From positions 38,316,001 to 38,380,000 of the forward strand of contig OX597828.1 in the NCBI GenBank assembly GCA_951406725.2: 64,000 bases of DNA. Direction: 5' to 3'. Below the pieces are notes generated by a model. It was not told the DNA's origin. It searched no databases and worked only from the letters and a program-made list of their open reading frames with translations. Below are positions 26,480-40,221 of this stretch, piece after piece. The DNA is from Octopus vulgaris (lineage: Eukaryota). Made by a program: the position numbers and the translations under genes. The stretch's first letter is position 1. Every line of letters begins with the position of its first letter.

Positions 26480-28200
26480 AAAGAAACTGAAATTTACGTA
26501 AAATACATAAGGCTCCCATAACTACGATCTTTTGCAATTCTCTAATGTAGAGTCTGCCAGGATTTTGTCTACGTGTTTGTTTGCTTTCTTTGATATCATT
26601 CCAAGTGTCTCAATAACAATAGCTAATGATGTTACTTTGAGATACCACACCCTTCCGATTTCGATCTTCAACTTCTTATATTTGCTTAATTTCTCAAACG
26701 TTTCCAGAGATGTGTTTTTAGCAGCTGAAGCTACGGCATTAATCAATATTTTTCCACACAATTTTTATAACGATATCTGCCCAGTTAGCCTTTATTTCCT
26801 GATCAGTCTGAACAATGAAATTCCAAAGGATGATAACCTCAGCACTCTTGGCAACTTAAAGTGGTTTGGCTTCCCACCAATTATCTTTGCGGAGAGGTTG
26901 CATGTGCGGCTTATCAACCAGTGTATGTACTGACCTGCCCTTTCATTTCTTTTGGTGCCAGTCGGCCACATCCAGAGTCTGTGTGGTCGATTGTCTCTGG
27001 ATGTTCAACGCATTCGCAATGCAAAGGACTGCCTCCACGTTTTATAAAATTATTCTAGTAATTCCTAGTTGGGGAGCATTGATCCTCAACCGCAACAATG
27101 TATCCTTCAGTTTCTGGTTTAAAACCAAAGCATGTCAACTACTCATGAGTAAGGGCTTGGTCTACATCAAGATCCCTGTCTATATTCTCATATTTACCAT
27201 GCAGTAGTTCTGGTTCCCTCTTTGCCTTAGGGTAACGGAGGCTTGGTGGGTTTTTTTCTTTTTTGGCCATATTTGCTTTGCTTTGTTAGTTGGGGACAAA
27301 TTTTCTTTGAGTACTGTTTCTTAAAGATATATTTTTTAATTTTTCGTCACTGAGTGCAATTCTTTGGTATCTTCATGTTTCAAAACCAGCTTTAACATCC
27401 AGTTGTTTGCTTGCTGCTTGTAAGCAGAAAATGCCACAGTTGCAATATTCAATAAGAGTTTCGAATGTTTTAACCCCCAACCGCCTTCTTTTCTTGGAAG
27501 GTATATTACGGTCAATGTCCGCTTTGGGGCGATGCATGCGATGCATTGTCATCAGCTTTCGGATTTTAACACCAACTTCGTTGATCTCAAAGATGGACCA
27601 GTTTATAACATTGAAGCTATATGAGATTACACGCATTTCAACGTGTTTATGGCCTCAATTTCGTTCCTGGCATTCGACTCGGTTTTCAGAATAGCTTTTA
27701 CTCTATGATAACACTCCTTTCTTATAATTTCTCTTATCAGTGAATGTTAAATACCATCTCCTTCCCAGATTCCTTGAAACTTATAACTTCCTATCATGTT
27801 CTAATTATTTCATTTCAGTATCTATCTAGGGTGATGTTGTATAAGTTTGATAGTTTTCTCATGACAAATGCAGACTTGGTGCATTAGTCAACCTAAATTC
27901 CATTTCGATTTCATCACTAAATTGCTCGACTATATGAAAGAGTGCTAGCAGTCTTTGGTTATTTTGTGCAAATAGTTTCAAGGCATCCATATAGAGATGA
28001 TTGATAATTTTTCCATACAATTTTTCTATCCATAGTTCGTTTCATTCTGGAGTTTACGGAGGGAAAACAGTGCTAAGCAGAACAACAACAGAGGTCTCCT
28101 TGGAAGATTCCAGAGAATCTGTGTCGAGAATTAATGTTGCTTTCCAGAGCTTAGTGGCATTCCTGGTTACTGGTGAAATTTTGAATGTCTCTTGGCATTC
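26480..28200 (-). mobile_element. R4/Dong-like non-LTR retrotransposon relic (RT end plus REL endonuclease)
   Basis: LYMDA.KLFA (RT), RKLMTMHRMHRPKADIDR, C..CVEHPETIDH..SGC, LIN.VA....N....FEKLSKYKKLKIEI.RVW.LK....IVI.TLGMI. Confidence 0.8.
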
Positions 28201-28254
28201 CTCTATCCAATGATCTGGGCTGGTACGATATTACGGTGTCATTCTTCCTTCGAC

Positions 28255-28840
28255 TACTCTAACATCAGATGTTCTGCTGTCAACCGTTCAACCATCAACC
28301 GTCTTGTTGTCAACCCTTCTGCCGTCAATTATTTAGAAGTCAACCGTTGCCGTCAACCATTTTGCTTTCAACCGACTTACTGCCAACCGTTCTGCTGTTC
28401 ATTATTTAGATGACAGCCGTTGTCCCATCAACCGTTTTGCTGTCAACTTTTCTGACGTCAATTGTTTGGATGATAACCGTTCTAACGTCAATCGCTCTAA
28501 TGCAAACATGTTACCGTCAACTGTTTTGAGGTCGTGTGTACGGATTCGGATACCAACCGTTCTGACATCAAGTGGTTTGCTGTCAACAATTCTGACATCA
28601 GCCGTTCAGATTTCGACCGTTCTACCACCAACTTTTCGGTTGTAAACTTTGTAGCCGTCAACCGTTTTGCCGTCAATCGATTTCGGTCATTCTGGTATCA
28701 GACGAACCCTTCTCACGTCAACCGTTCAGATGTCATCCGTTCAGATGTCATCCGTTCTGCCGTCACTCCTCTGACATCAAACGTTCTGCAGCCAAGCGTT
28801 TGGTTGCAAACAGTTCTAGCACCAACCGTTCAACCGGCAC
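28255..28840. repeat. 15-bp minisatellite (consensus gtcaaccgttctgcc)
   Basis: Recurrent tcaaccgtt core about every 15 nt; this produces spurious NRS-repeat ORFs. Confidence 0.85.
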
Positions 28841-29431
28841 CGCCGCTGTACAATCTTAAATTCCATCGACCAGACGCGATTTTAAATGCTAAACAGCAAT
28901 TTTCTCCACCACTCTACTAACCCGCTGTCCAACCTCCCAGCATAAATATCAGTTGATTTCTAACATAGACACCAGGCTTCATATTTGTAGAATGAGAATA
29001 ATCGATTATACTTTCCCCCCAGTACTCAACCGGTATTCATTTTAACTACTTCAGGAAGAAGAAAAGCATTGTCAATCTCGTTGAAATTTAAACTCAGATG
29101 GTCAAGTAGGCAATTAAATACCACGTGACATTTTGGACATCACTCTATCGGTTTTACAAATTCCCTAACATTTTCCCCAGAAATAATTTCTATGGTAAGA
29201 ACAAGGCCAGTTGAACATCCTTCGACTAAATAATGATTTCTTTTAAATGTAATCAAAAGTATTCATTACTTATATTTGTAATATATTTTTATGTTATTCC
29301 TTACGTTGTTCTTTTCTTTATTATCCAGAAGCCGTATCTCGGTGATCTTCTGAACTTAAACTTTAATCCGGCATGTGTAAATCATCGATTTCCCAGGGAA
29401 AAGTTCAGGAATCGCTAAAAAATATTTTTTG

Positions 29432-29641
29432 ATGACGTTAAAAACTGTTTATAGCGATGGGTTCAATGTTATAGACGAAGTCAATGGCACCCATGGATAC
29501 GGAGGTGCGTTCTACGCATCTAACTTTGATCAGAATATGCATTTAAAGCCGGACGATGGCGACTTATCCACATCCGAATTCCTCGACGAAGGCACAATTG
29601 TGGAAAAACTGTGCAAGAGGTTTTTCAGTGGAGAATACTAC
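29432..29641 (+). CDS. Myosin motor-domain gene (probable MMD-chitin synthase), coding exon 1
   Basis: MTLKTVYSDG...MHLKPDDGDLSTSEFLDEGTIVEKLCKRFFSGEYY matches the myosin N-terminal DDL..L..LDE..I...L..R....IY pattern. Donor gtaagt at 29642 (phase 0); upstream acceptor ttatccag ends at 29328. The start codon is uncertain (29432 or 29537). Confidence 0.85.
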
Positions 29642-29870
29642 GTAAGTTGTAATTATTTTCCTTATTTCATTGTCGTGAAGGCGGCGAACTCAGAGAATCG
29701 TTACCGTACCGGACAAAGTGCTCAGCAGCATTTCTTCCGGCGCTTTGCGTTCTGAGTTCAGATGCCGCAGAGATCATCCTTTTCATTGCTTTTGAATCAT
29801 TCAGAGTCGATAAAATAAGTACCGGCTGAGCACTGGGGTCGATTTTATTGACTCCACCCTCCCTTCAAAA

Positions 29871-29906
<36 letters not shown>

Positions 29907-31123
29907 TGTATGTATGTATGTATATATATATATAGAGAGAGAGAGAGATAAACATATATATAGATAGATGCATGCATGCATACATACATACATACATACA
30001 TACATACATACATACATACATACATACATACATACATACGTGTGTGTGTGCCTGTATGAGTTAAGAGTCGGGGGGGGGGTTGCATTTTTTCTATAGAAAA
30101 GGCTTTCATCAATAGAAAGGGCTGTGAGATCTTGAACAGTTGCATGTCGATAGCTGCAGCAGAGACACATGCCTGAAGTGAATCCTCGAGGGACGACGTT
30201 CTGGTGAGGATGGACTGGCTGTAATGCTTATTTCATGGTCTAAAGTGTTTGTCTATTTCGATGATGAAAGAAGGACTGACGAAGGATATATTGAAGTACC
30301 TGAATGGAGATTGTCAGGAAGCCTGCCAGCTCCGTGAATCATGGCCTACTCTAGTAGCGGAGAAAATGTAGAAAGAGAGGGTGAAAGAGAAAAATTCATG
30401 TCCGCGAACCGGAGTGTCTTCATAGCAGACAGTCAGGTGGATGTAGTCAAGCATGTCTGCATGTGTAACAGCAAGACCACCCCGAAAGTGGGAGCAGTAA
30501 TCACTGTGGGTTTCACCTGATCTTAACAGAGCAGTAGTCATTTATGGATGGAAGTATTTTCAAGCTCTAAAAAGGAAAACCTATATTTGTGATGCATTTT
30601 TTTAGTTCAAAGATTTGCATTCACCGGAACGAATCATTTTCAGTGTTAGTGAGGCCCACCTGCGATTTGTGTTGTTCATTTTGCGAGATCTAATTGCACT
30701 CTCTTCATGTTTAAAGATTATGGCATTGTTTTCTTAATAGGTAAATCAGGCGTGACTTTGTGTTTTTGAATAACACTGTGAGGGTGCAACACTTTGAAGC
30801 ACGTTCTCAACCTTTTTGCTCATTGTGTGAGATCTGGGTTGGTATATGATGCCTAAATTGCGTGTCGGGTGTGGATAATTAGTCGGAGGGAAAGTACTAT
30901 GATTAGCATTGTTTGTGATGACGGCATGAAGGTTATTTATATATCGTATGAAAAGGCGTGGAAACCAAAAGTAATATTGAGATAAGCCAGAGTTGTTAAA
31001 GAGTACTAACGGTATACACTGTAATCGTGCTATCTGAGAGTGTCCCCCCACATACACACACACCACCACCACCGCCGCCGCCGCCGCTGTCAATCCAAGA
31101 CAAGGGAGCTAGACTGGGCTAAT

Positions 31124-31631
31124 TGTGACCCCCTTCGGTCATGAATGGCCATGGGATTCCACCTAGAAAGTTACCTTCCGAGGCACAAGTCCGGGCAAGC
31201 TTGTTTATGGAAGACCAGCAATCGCCCACGCATACCAGCCATCTCCACACCACCGATGTTATCCAAGGGAAAGGCAAAGGCCGATACAGCTTGGCACCAG
31301 TGACGTCGCAGCTCATTTATTAACGTGCAAGTGGCTGAGCACTCCGCAGATACGTGTACCCTTAACATATTTCTCGGGGAGATTCAGCGTAACTCGGAGT
31401 GTAACAAGGCTGGCACTTTGAAATACAGATACAACAGAAACAGAAAGAAAGAGTGAGAGAAAGTTGTGGTGAAAGAGTACATCAGGGTTCACCACCAGCC
31501 CCTGCAGGAGCCTCTTGGAGCTCTAGGCGTTTTCGCTCAATAAACACTCACAATGCCCGGTCTGGGAATCGAAACCGCGATCCTACGACTGCGAGTTCGC
31601 TGCCCTAGCCAATGAACCATTGCCCCTACAC
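31124..31631 (-). mobile_element. Chimeric SINE with 13-bp TSD
   Basis: Family-3 head A plus part of its tail is joined at about 31320 to an unrelated tail; flanked by agactggg(c/t)taat at 31111-31123 and 31632-31644. Confidence 0.7.
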
Positions 31632-32169
31632 AGACTGGGTTAATGGGGAAACAGATTTCACATGAGATTTGTGTGCCAGAGGCGGCCGAATCCTTTCCAC
31701 TTTTCTAGTAAAAGAGAGTTTTCACCAAATTTCACGAGACCAAGGGTTCACTGGTGCGTTACGTAGTTGTTCGGTAGACTGGACTCGATTGAAAGCGAGG
31801 TGCTTCTCGTCATGAACGAAGGAAAGAGGGAGTCAGTCAGGGTGTTTGAGAAAGTGGTTTATGATTGTTTTCACCATCTTTGAAACGTTGGAATTGAGTT
31901 TGAAATCTAATTGGCATTCTAACCCAAGGAAGTCTTTTTAGGTTGTGCGTCCAAAGATCAGGATGTATCCATAGATCTATGCGTGTACGAGTTTGTGTGT
32001 GTGTGGACAATTACAAATATATCAAATATCATAGGTTGTATGGTATTTGATATGCCTGTATCTGTTTATGTTGTTCAAATACATGCTACTCGCCACTCTG
32101 TGTTATTAGTCTTAGCTAACTTTTGTTTCAGTTATAGATGTATATACATTCGTCTGAGGATACATACAC

Positions 32170-32259
<90 letters not shown>

Positions 32260-32438
32260 ACACATATACATATTTATGCATATACATAAATATGCACATA
32301 GAGTGTATAATGTATGTATGTGTGTGTATGCATGTGTGTCTGTGCGTATGTGTGTGTGATGTATGTATATAGATAGATAAGCATACAGACAGACAGACAG
32401 ACAGACAGATAGATAGACAGACAGACAAACAGACAGAC

Positions 32439-32522
<84 letters not shown>

Positions 32523-33157
32523 TTTGAAGCATTTGGCGAGACTAGCTCCGAGACTGATTGTTTAAAAAATAATGGAAGCTACATTGCCAAGGCTGGCAAC
32601 CTTGTTAAAAGTTATTTGAGGCCTCATTTAGCGAGCATATAATTACGCTGTAATGAACCTAGAAATACCAACGTACATCGTAAGTCGATTCTTGTACGAC
32701 CATATTTTCTAAATATTTCAGTATATAGGTGGCTTCCTAAATTTATAACTGTTGAGATAACTTACCAGATTTATTTATGACTTCAATGCCATGGATAATT
32801 TCGGTAATATATTGCGCATAAAACTGTATAATCATTTAGTTGCTATTTAGATGAATGTTTTATCTCCCAAATTAATTTGTTCGCAGTCCGGACGAAGATA
32901 TAGTGAACTGATAGAAAATAAACATACGCTAAATATTCATGTCTGACAGGTTTCATAATCCAAATTTCAACAGCTCTTCAGTTTAATTAACCATGTGTGA
33001 TTCAGTTCTAAATTATCATTTCCATAATATTATTAAGTAATGCAGAAAGCCAATTAATTATATATTATATATTAGGAAACTAATGAATAATATATGAAAA
33101 AATAAAACCATATACATATCATATGTGTATATATATATACCTATATATATATATACG

Positions 33158-33239
<82 letters not shown>

Positions 33240-33329
33240 ACATCGTATATATATATATAGGTATATATATATACACATATGATATGTATATATATACACG
33301 ATATATATATATATATATATATATATATC

Positions 33330-33363
<34 letters not shown>

Positions 33364-33661
33364 TATATATATATATATTCTTTTTTTAGAACGTTGGATC
33401 ACACAGCAGATAAACCTAAATCTGTTGGATAGAAAAAGTCGAAGGCTGCTTTGACTTTTTCGAGTCGAAGAGTTTTTTCAATCCACATGCTACTTTTATA
33501 GCTTTATCTGATTCGAGAATTATTTCATGTTCTCTCGAAGTTTATAAATTATTGTTATGACTTCAAATATATATATATTTTATCTCTAATTTAATTTATA
33601 TTTATATATATATACACACACACATACACACGAAGTCACACAAACACGCATATTTGTATGC

Positions 33662-33750
<89 letters not shown>

Positions 33751-33965
33751 TGTCTGCCCTTCGTATATGTATATAAGGACACAGGGAAAAAATGTGTCGA
33801 AGCTGTCAGGAGGCGTTCGATGCCTCCTAGGGCTATACAACGGTGGTGTACCCCCTACTGTCACGTTCTTGTTAGATAGACAGTATGCAACCATTCTATC
33901 GCCCCACCACCGTACATGTCTCTACGAGAGATTTAGAAATTCAATATTTCTTTTATATATATATA

Positions 33966-34811
33966 CTAGCAGAATTGCCCGGCGTTGCTCGGGGCTGAAT
34001 TGCTTGAAAGTACTGTTAATGATTGCACTGAATTATGATGATTATTCAGGCAAATATTGATATAAGCTTACGGTGGGAGATAAGGACTTAACGATTAAAC
34101 GTGTGCCATTGCATTGTTTTGGGGGAACCAAATTTCTGATGAGCATTATAGGGGCACCAACTTTAAGTTTGAGAAAGTGTGGTGGTAGTCCGGGGTGCTC
34201 AAAGGAATTGAGTACCTCTATTGGATAGTTGATGACGTCCTCTGGGTCAGGAGTTGTATCGATAGACTGATATACATAGACTTCCCCAGGAATGAGTTTT
34301 AGCATTTCATCATTAATATGGTGAACAGTTTAATTCTTCGGGGCCAGTATAGCCTTTTTGCCAATCCAATCCATATTCTGATAATTAGCTTGTAGATCTG
34401 GGAACACTGCATCTCTGAGATCAGAAGGCGTCTTAACAATGGTACAAATGGAATCGATGGCAATATTACCATTTTCATCCCCTGGTATTTTGCCTTCGCC
34501 AAGTGCAAGGAGGGTGTGAGGAAATGCTGCTGATGTGATATTACGTCGCATATGAGCACGCATATTGGTGTGAAGTTTGAGAGTTACTTCCCTTTATTTA
34601 AAAAAAATATGCATTAAAATGGAAAAAAATGATGGTAAATTATTTGTAAAATCATAGACTCATCGTAGACGCGCGCTAATACCCAGAAGGGCTCGATATG
34701 AATCACGACTATAAGATACCCGGTTTTGGTTAAACTGCATCGCAAAATGTGGGAGTAGTTAGGAATCTAAATCGGAGTAGACAGACACACAACCTTTCTT
34801 TTATATATAAA
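33966..34811 (-). mobile_element. Internally deleted Helitron with Pif1-helicase fragment
   Basis: 3' end on the minus strand: cccgagcaacgccggg hairpin plus CTAG|T. ORF remnants YPIEVLNS..PGLPPH.LKLKVGAPIMLIRNL..PKQCNGTRL and AILAPKN. Confidence 0.9.
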
Positions 34812-34934
34812 TATTTTCGTCCTAAAAAACTTTGTATGGATTGAATGGTTACCTCTATGGAAATATATACACGCACATTATACATACATGTGTGTATAGA
34901 TGAATATATAAATACATTTAAATATCTATATACA

Positions 34935-35617
34935 CTTTTGGGCGATCTTTCTGTTTCTTAGAGATAACTTTATCCCGCCCGATTCGCTCCAAAATTTACA
35001 GGGACATGTAGAATGAGGTGACGATGCTCGTGGGCTACCTTAGAAATCCCTATCTTAAAAGGTGTGGTTGCTAGGGACCATCTTCCTCACTCACCCTATT
35101 TCCTCCAGTACCCGCTCACTCCTCTTCATTTGACAAGCCACTACGGTTATTTAATGTAAAGTCTTCCTCAAATCACTCTCTCGCTATTTACTCTCTTCCA
35201 AGAACATTTTCACTCACTCTTATCTCTTAGCTTCCCATACATTTTACTCATGTATCTATCAGCGTCATAGACAGAAACAAATATTACATCGCCATCGCCA
35301 TCGCCATCGCATTCTATTGTCTACCTGTCAACACACACACAGTGAATTACTTTCACTTTATTCGTTGCACACTGTGTGTGTGCGTGTGCATGTGCTGTAG
35401 CCCACACTAAGAGAAGCATTTGACTTATACACCACAATGTGAGTTTTCTCTAAATTTTGCTTAATTGGGGTTGAAATTTTTAAAAGTGGACCTGGCAAGA
35501 CCCGATGCATTCTACTCTTAAAAATGCTAGGTAAATTGTAATTGAAGAAATCCTATATTGTAGATTTCTATAAGAGACAAAGGGAGGTAGATAAAATCTG
35601 CCTTTTATAATAAGAGA
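34935..35617 (-). mobile_element. Non-autonomous Helitron-like element (5' part)
   Basis: Minus-strand start a|tctcttattataaaagg is typical of Helitron 5' ends; 3' end not identified. Confidence 0.45.
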
Positions 35618-35744
35618 TTTATGAATATATTAACGTTTGTTCTTATGTTCAGTTATAATAAGAATAATTTTTATATTAATCTGATGTGTTACTCTATGCT
35701 ATTTTGTAGAGTACAAAGTTATTATTTTTAAACAAGAATGTTAT

Positions 35745-36480
35745 TGACCGTGACTCCAAAGTTTCGGCCAGTTAAGCAATCATCAGATTGCGATGCATTG
35801 GAGTTAAGGTTGGCTTTGCATAGTTTCTTTCTTGTATTAAAATCTTCTTTGAGTGTGTGGGTTTGAGTGCGGTGAGAATTAGTTTTTAGGGTGGATTGTT
35901 ATGGAGATATTTTTCGGAGAAATTGTTATTGATTAAATTTTGGGTTACGTTATTGTTCAGAATTTATTCATGTAAGTAGAACTTTGCAAGCAAGTGTATA
36001 TGTTTAGGTGTTCCTGCTTCAGATCATGGGATTGGGTTTTGAGGTTCACAAAAAAGATATAAATATCGGAAGATGTGTTTTTTTTATTAGCAAATGTGCC
36101 AGTAGTTTTAAATCAATTTGGTTTAATTAGACTTAGTCCATTGCTGTGACAAATATCAAAGGTTCAATATTTAGCCCAGTATTTAAAAGCTTGGTAACTG
36201 AATATATCAACTTCTTTGTTGATACATCCAGTTCACAAAAGAATGTAAGTAGGGGTGTATTTTAACTGGTCAGTTTCTTTACTTGTTTTGTTATTCAAGA
36301 TATTTCCAGTTTGTATTTGGAAGGTGGGGTTTATAATTCGGGCGTGTCATGGCATTGTTAGTTTAGAAATTTTTCTGTCTTTTGCTATGGTGTTCACAAG
36401 AGTCTCTGGGTGGGTTTAAAAATTGATGGTTTGTAGGTTTCTCTTCATGGGTTCATTGCACTATAAGCATTGTTCTACAA
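35745..36480 (-). mobile_element. Decayed Penelope-like element 3' end with hammerhead remnant
   Basis: Minus strand ends in aagccaaccttaac (KPTLN-type terminus), then CTGATGA-ttgc..ggcc-GAAA-ctttggag-TC. The same terminal sequence occurs truncated at about 3485-3540. Confidence 0.55.
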
Positions 36481-36680
36481 GCAATTTGATTAATACGTAG
36501 ACATTTTGACCTTCTGTTTTATTCTGTGTGTTGGACTGAACCCAAGGCCACATGGTTGAGAAACAAGCCTATTAAACACACAACCACGCCTGCTCCTTAT
36601 CTGCGTGTGTGTATGTGTGTTTGTGTGAATATACATGTATATATATATGTGTATATATATATGTGTATGTATGTGTGTGT

Positions 36681-36723
<43 letters not shown>

Positions 36724-37418
36724 TATACATGTATGTTATGTATACTAGAGTGGGTAGACTATCTATGAAGGAGTGATGCTGTGAAATCTTTCTTGCATTC
36801 ATTTCTACTCTTCTTATTAATAACTGCATTGTTTCTTTCTATATGAGCTTTCATAAGAAAAAACTTGATGGTAACTTCAAATACCGTGCATGTTAATACT
36901 ATGAAAATGACGGTGTTTTATCATCAAAAATTCGCGTAATGCTCCAGCCGCTGCATTGAAATATGGGTCGTCTGTTTTGAGTTTATGAAAGTTTGAATCC
37001 TGTTTTGATACTGGAGACGACGAATCAATATATTTCCAACAGTTGCCGCACAGTTATGAGAACTGAACGAAATGGGTTCATGCTGGTCATTCACAGAGTT
37101 AAGTAAAATATATCTGTGTCGATGAAAATAATTATAAGTATAACATGGATTGAACCAACTCAATTTCTTTTTAGTCACTGTTTGAGTAACAATGTCTTCA
37201 GGAGAATAAACAAAGTAAAGAACAAGGCTTCGCAGATCAAATTTGGGAAGGCGCATGCTTGACTTACCGTGACTACTGCTTCACAGTGTACTTCAACAAA
37301 GCCTTTCCAAAACAGTCAGATATATGTTTTTTTTTTCAATTGAATTGTATGTGTTCCATGATTTGTTGTTTAGTTTGTTTTATAGTCCATTTTTAATATT
37401 CAAACATATTTCTTGCAG

Positions 37419-37484
37419 ACCTATATTGGAGAGATTATTGTTGCTGTTAATCCCTGTCAACCAATTAAAATCTATGAAGCCGAG
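37419..37484 (+). CDS. Myosin motor gene exon 2 (TYIGEIIVAVNPCQPIKIYEAE)
   Basis: tcttgcag acceptor, gtatgt donor, phase 0/0. Carries the myosin TY.G.I..AVNP motif; absent from the ORF track in this frame. Confidence 0.95.
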
Positions 37485-37539
37485 GTATGTTTTATTTATA
37501 TATACATACGCAACATACATACAGACATATAAATATGTG

Positions 37540-37598
<59 letters not shown>

Positions 37599-38194
37599 CA
37601 TACATACACACATACATACATACATACACACATACATGCATACATACATACATATACATATATGTATGTATGTATGTATCTACATGCATACAATCATACA
37701 TACATGCATCCATGCATCCATCCATGCATGCATCCATCCATCCATCTATACATACATACATACATACATACATACATACATACATACATACATACATAAA
37801 CGTAGTATTCCCGAACAGACATTTAATACAAGGGAGACAATCAATTCTTCATAATATTTGGCAGGATTAGAAGTTTGTATTTCAAAATTAAGGAATACAG
37901 AAAAATTCATCGGATTCACATATTTTGGTATATGTATGTATGTCATTATTCAGTTTTATTTCAAGATTTCATGCCAATAGAGAAAGAGCCGGTTTCTAAA
38001 CTAGATCCGAGACTTCTTCATTGGGATTTCGATATCAACGACATGCTATTTCTGTATGTATGTATGTATGTATGTATGTATGTATGTATGTATGTATGTA
38101 TGTATGTATGTATGTATGTATGTGTGTATGTATTGTGCCCCGGCATAGCCGCAGCCTTCAGGCTGAAACATATAAAAGAATAAAAGAATAAAAG

Positions 38195-38286
<92 letters not shown>

Positions 38287-38299
38287 TGCTTCTTATTAG

Positions 38300-38745
38300 G
38301 AGTGGCTGTGTGGTAAGTAGCTATAGGCGTAGGAGTGGTTGTGTGGTATGTAGATTGCTTACCAACCACATGGTTCCGGGTTCAGTCCCACTGCGTGGTA
38401 CCTTGGGCAATTGTCTTCTACTATAGCCTCGGGTCGACCAAAGCCTTCTGAGTGGATTTGGTAGACGGAAACTGAAAGAAGCACGTCGTATATATGTATA
38501 TATATATTATATGTATGTGTGTGTATATGTTTGTGTATCTGTGCTTGCCCCCCCCCCCCCCAACATCGCTTGACAATCGATGCCGGAGTGTTTACGTCCC
38601 CGTAACTTAGCAGTTCGGCAAAAGAGTCTGATAGAATAAGTACTAGGCTTACAAAGAATAAGTCCTGGGGTCGATTTGCTCCAGCAGGGTCACAACATGG
38701 CCACAGTCAAATGACTGAAACAATAAAAGAATGAAAGATTAAAAG
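38300..38745 (+). mobile_element. Family-2 SINE, full length
   Basis: Head gtggttgtgtggt..ccaaccacatggttccgggttcagtcccactgcg, core ccttgggcaa, (TA/TG)n spacer, tail. Further copies at about 6585-6730, 8640-8750(-), 42720-43330(-), 48765-49165(-), 54685-55095, 56810-56972, 58015-58172, 58918-59390, 63180-63385(-). Confidence 0.9.
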
Positions 38746-38874
38746 AGTATGGTCTTAAAATTTCTAGTCGGTGGCAGCACTATTTCATTCTTTTTAGAAA
38801 TCGTCAGTATAGCATATGTACTCTGTCAGTAATTTCGTGTGTCTTATTTATTTCTCCATTTTATTTCTATGTAG

Positions 38875-39102
38875 GATCATGAACGCTATAAAAACCTATA
38901 CGAGAGAAGGACCCAGAAGCCACATATATATTGGATGGCTGATGAGGTGTATCGATGTCTACGAGAGACATCTCAGAACCAGTGTATCATAGTGAGCGGT
39001 GAGTCTGGTGCTGGAAAGACGGAGAGTACTAAACATGTACTGAATCATCTAATTCGGCTGGGACCGAATAACATCAGTGACCTCATCAACCAACTAGACC
39101 AG
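38875..39102 (+). CDS. Myosin motor gene exon 3 (P-loop)
   Basis: DHERYKNLYERRTQKPHIYWMADEVYRCLRETSQNQCIIVSGESGAGKTESTK...DQ; tatgtag acceptor, gtgagt donor, phase 0/0. Confidence 0.97.
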
Positions 39103-40015
39103 GTGAGTCACGGGACACATACACACACTCACACATTCACACATACATACAAGCTTGTGTACATATATATTTACATCTATAGAGACATACATTCGTATGT
39201 ACGTACGTGTATGCATAAATACGTCCGTCTGTCCGTACGTACCTACATACATACATGCATGCATACACATATACATGCATACATACATACATGCACACAC
39301 ACATATGTACATACATACACACATACATATACACATACATACATTCATACAAACGCACCTGCCTACCTACCTATCTACATACATACATACATACATACAT
39401 ATTTCTTTACTATCCACAAGGGGCTAAACACAGGGGGGACAAACAAGGACAGAGAAACGAATCAAGTCGATTACATCAACCCCAGTACACAACTGGTACT
39501 TAATTTATCGACCCCGAAAGGATGAAAGACAAATTCGACCTCGGCGGAATTTGAACTCAGAACGTAACGGCAGACGAAATACGGCTACGCATTTCGCCCG
39601 GCGTGCTAACCTTTCTGCCAGCTCGCCGCCTTCACATACATACATACATACATACATACATACATACATACATACATACATACATACATACATACATACA
39701 TACATACATACATAGTGGAAATCAAAGACATAGTATGACCGCTTCCTAAACTAAATAAATCCGTCCAAACATTCCGAATGTTCCAGAAGTTCCTGTTCTT
39801 GAATTTTTTTTTATTGTTGCCAGCACTGAACCCATTTTTCAGCAGAATCAGCTATAAAGCCAGTGACACACAATAGAGGCTGAGACGACAGGAATTTAGC
39901 TGCACTTCAGGATTTTTTATATACAAGTTTACCTTCTCCTAGGAGGAAGTTCTAACGAGAACTAGAGGCCATTCATATACCAACATTTGGGATGATTCAC
40001 TGGTCTTATATCACC

Positions 40016-40088
<73 letters not shown>

Positions 40089-40221
40089 TAATTATATATA
40101 AATATCAAAACCCTCAATGTCTTAGCGTCAACTAGAAATAGCCCCAGAAATGCGATGGTAGGTTTATCTCAGAAGAAAAGACAGTGAGGAAACAAGTTCA
40201 AAAATAGTCCAAACAGCTTCT

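Noticed and set aside
28534-28920. NRS/IRSD-repeat ORF just upstream of exon 1
   Set aside because: Product of the 15-bp minisatellite; neighbouring units contain stops and frameshifts, and there are no convincing splice sites.
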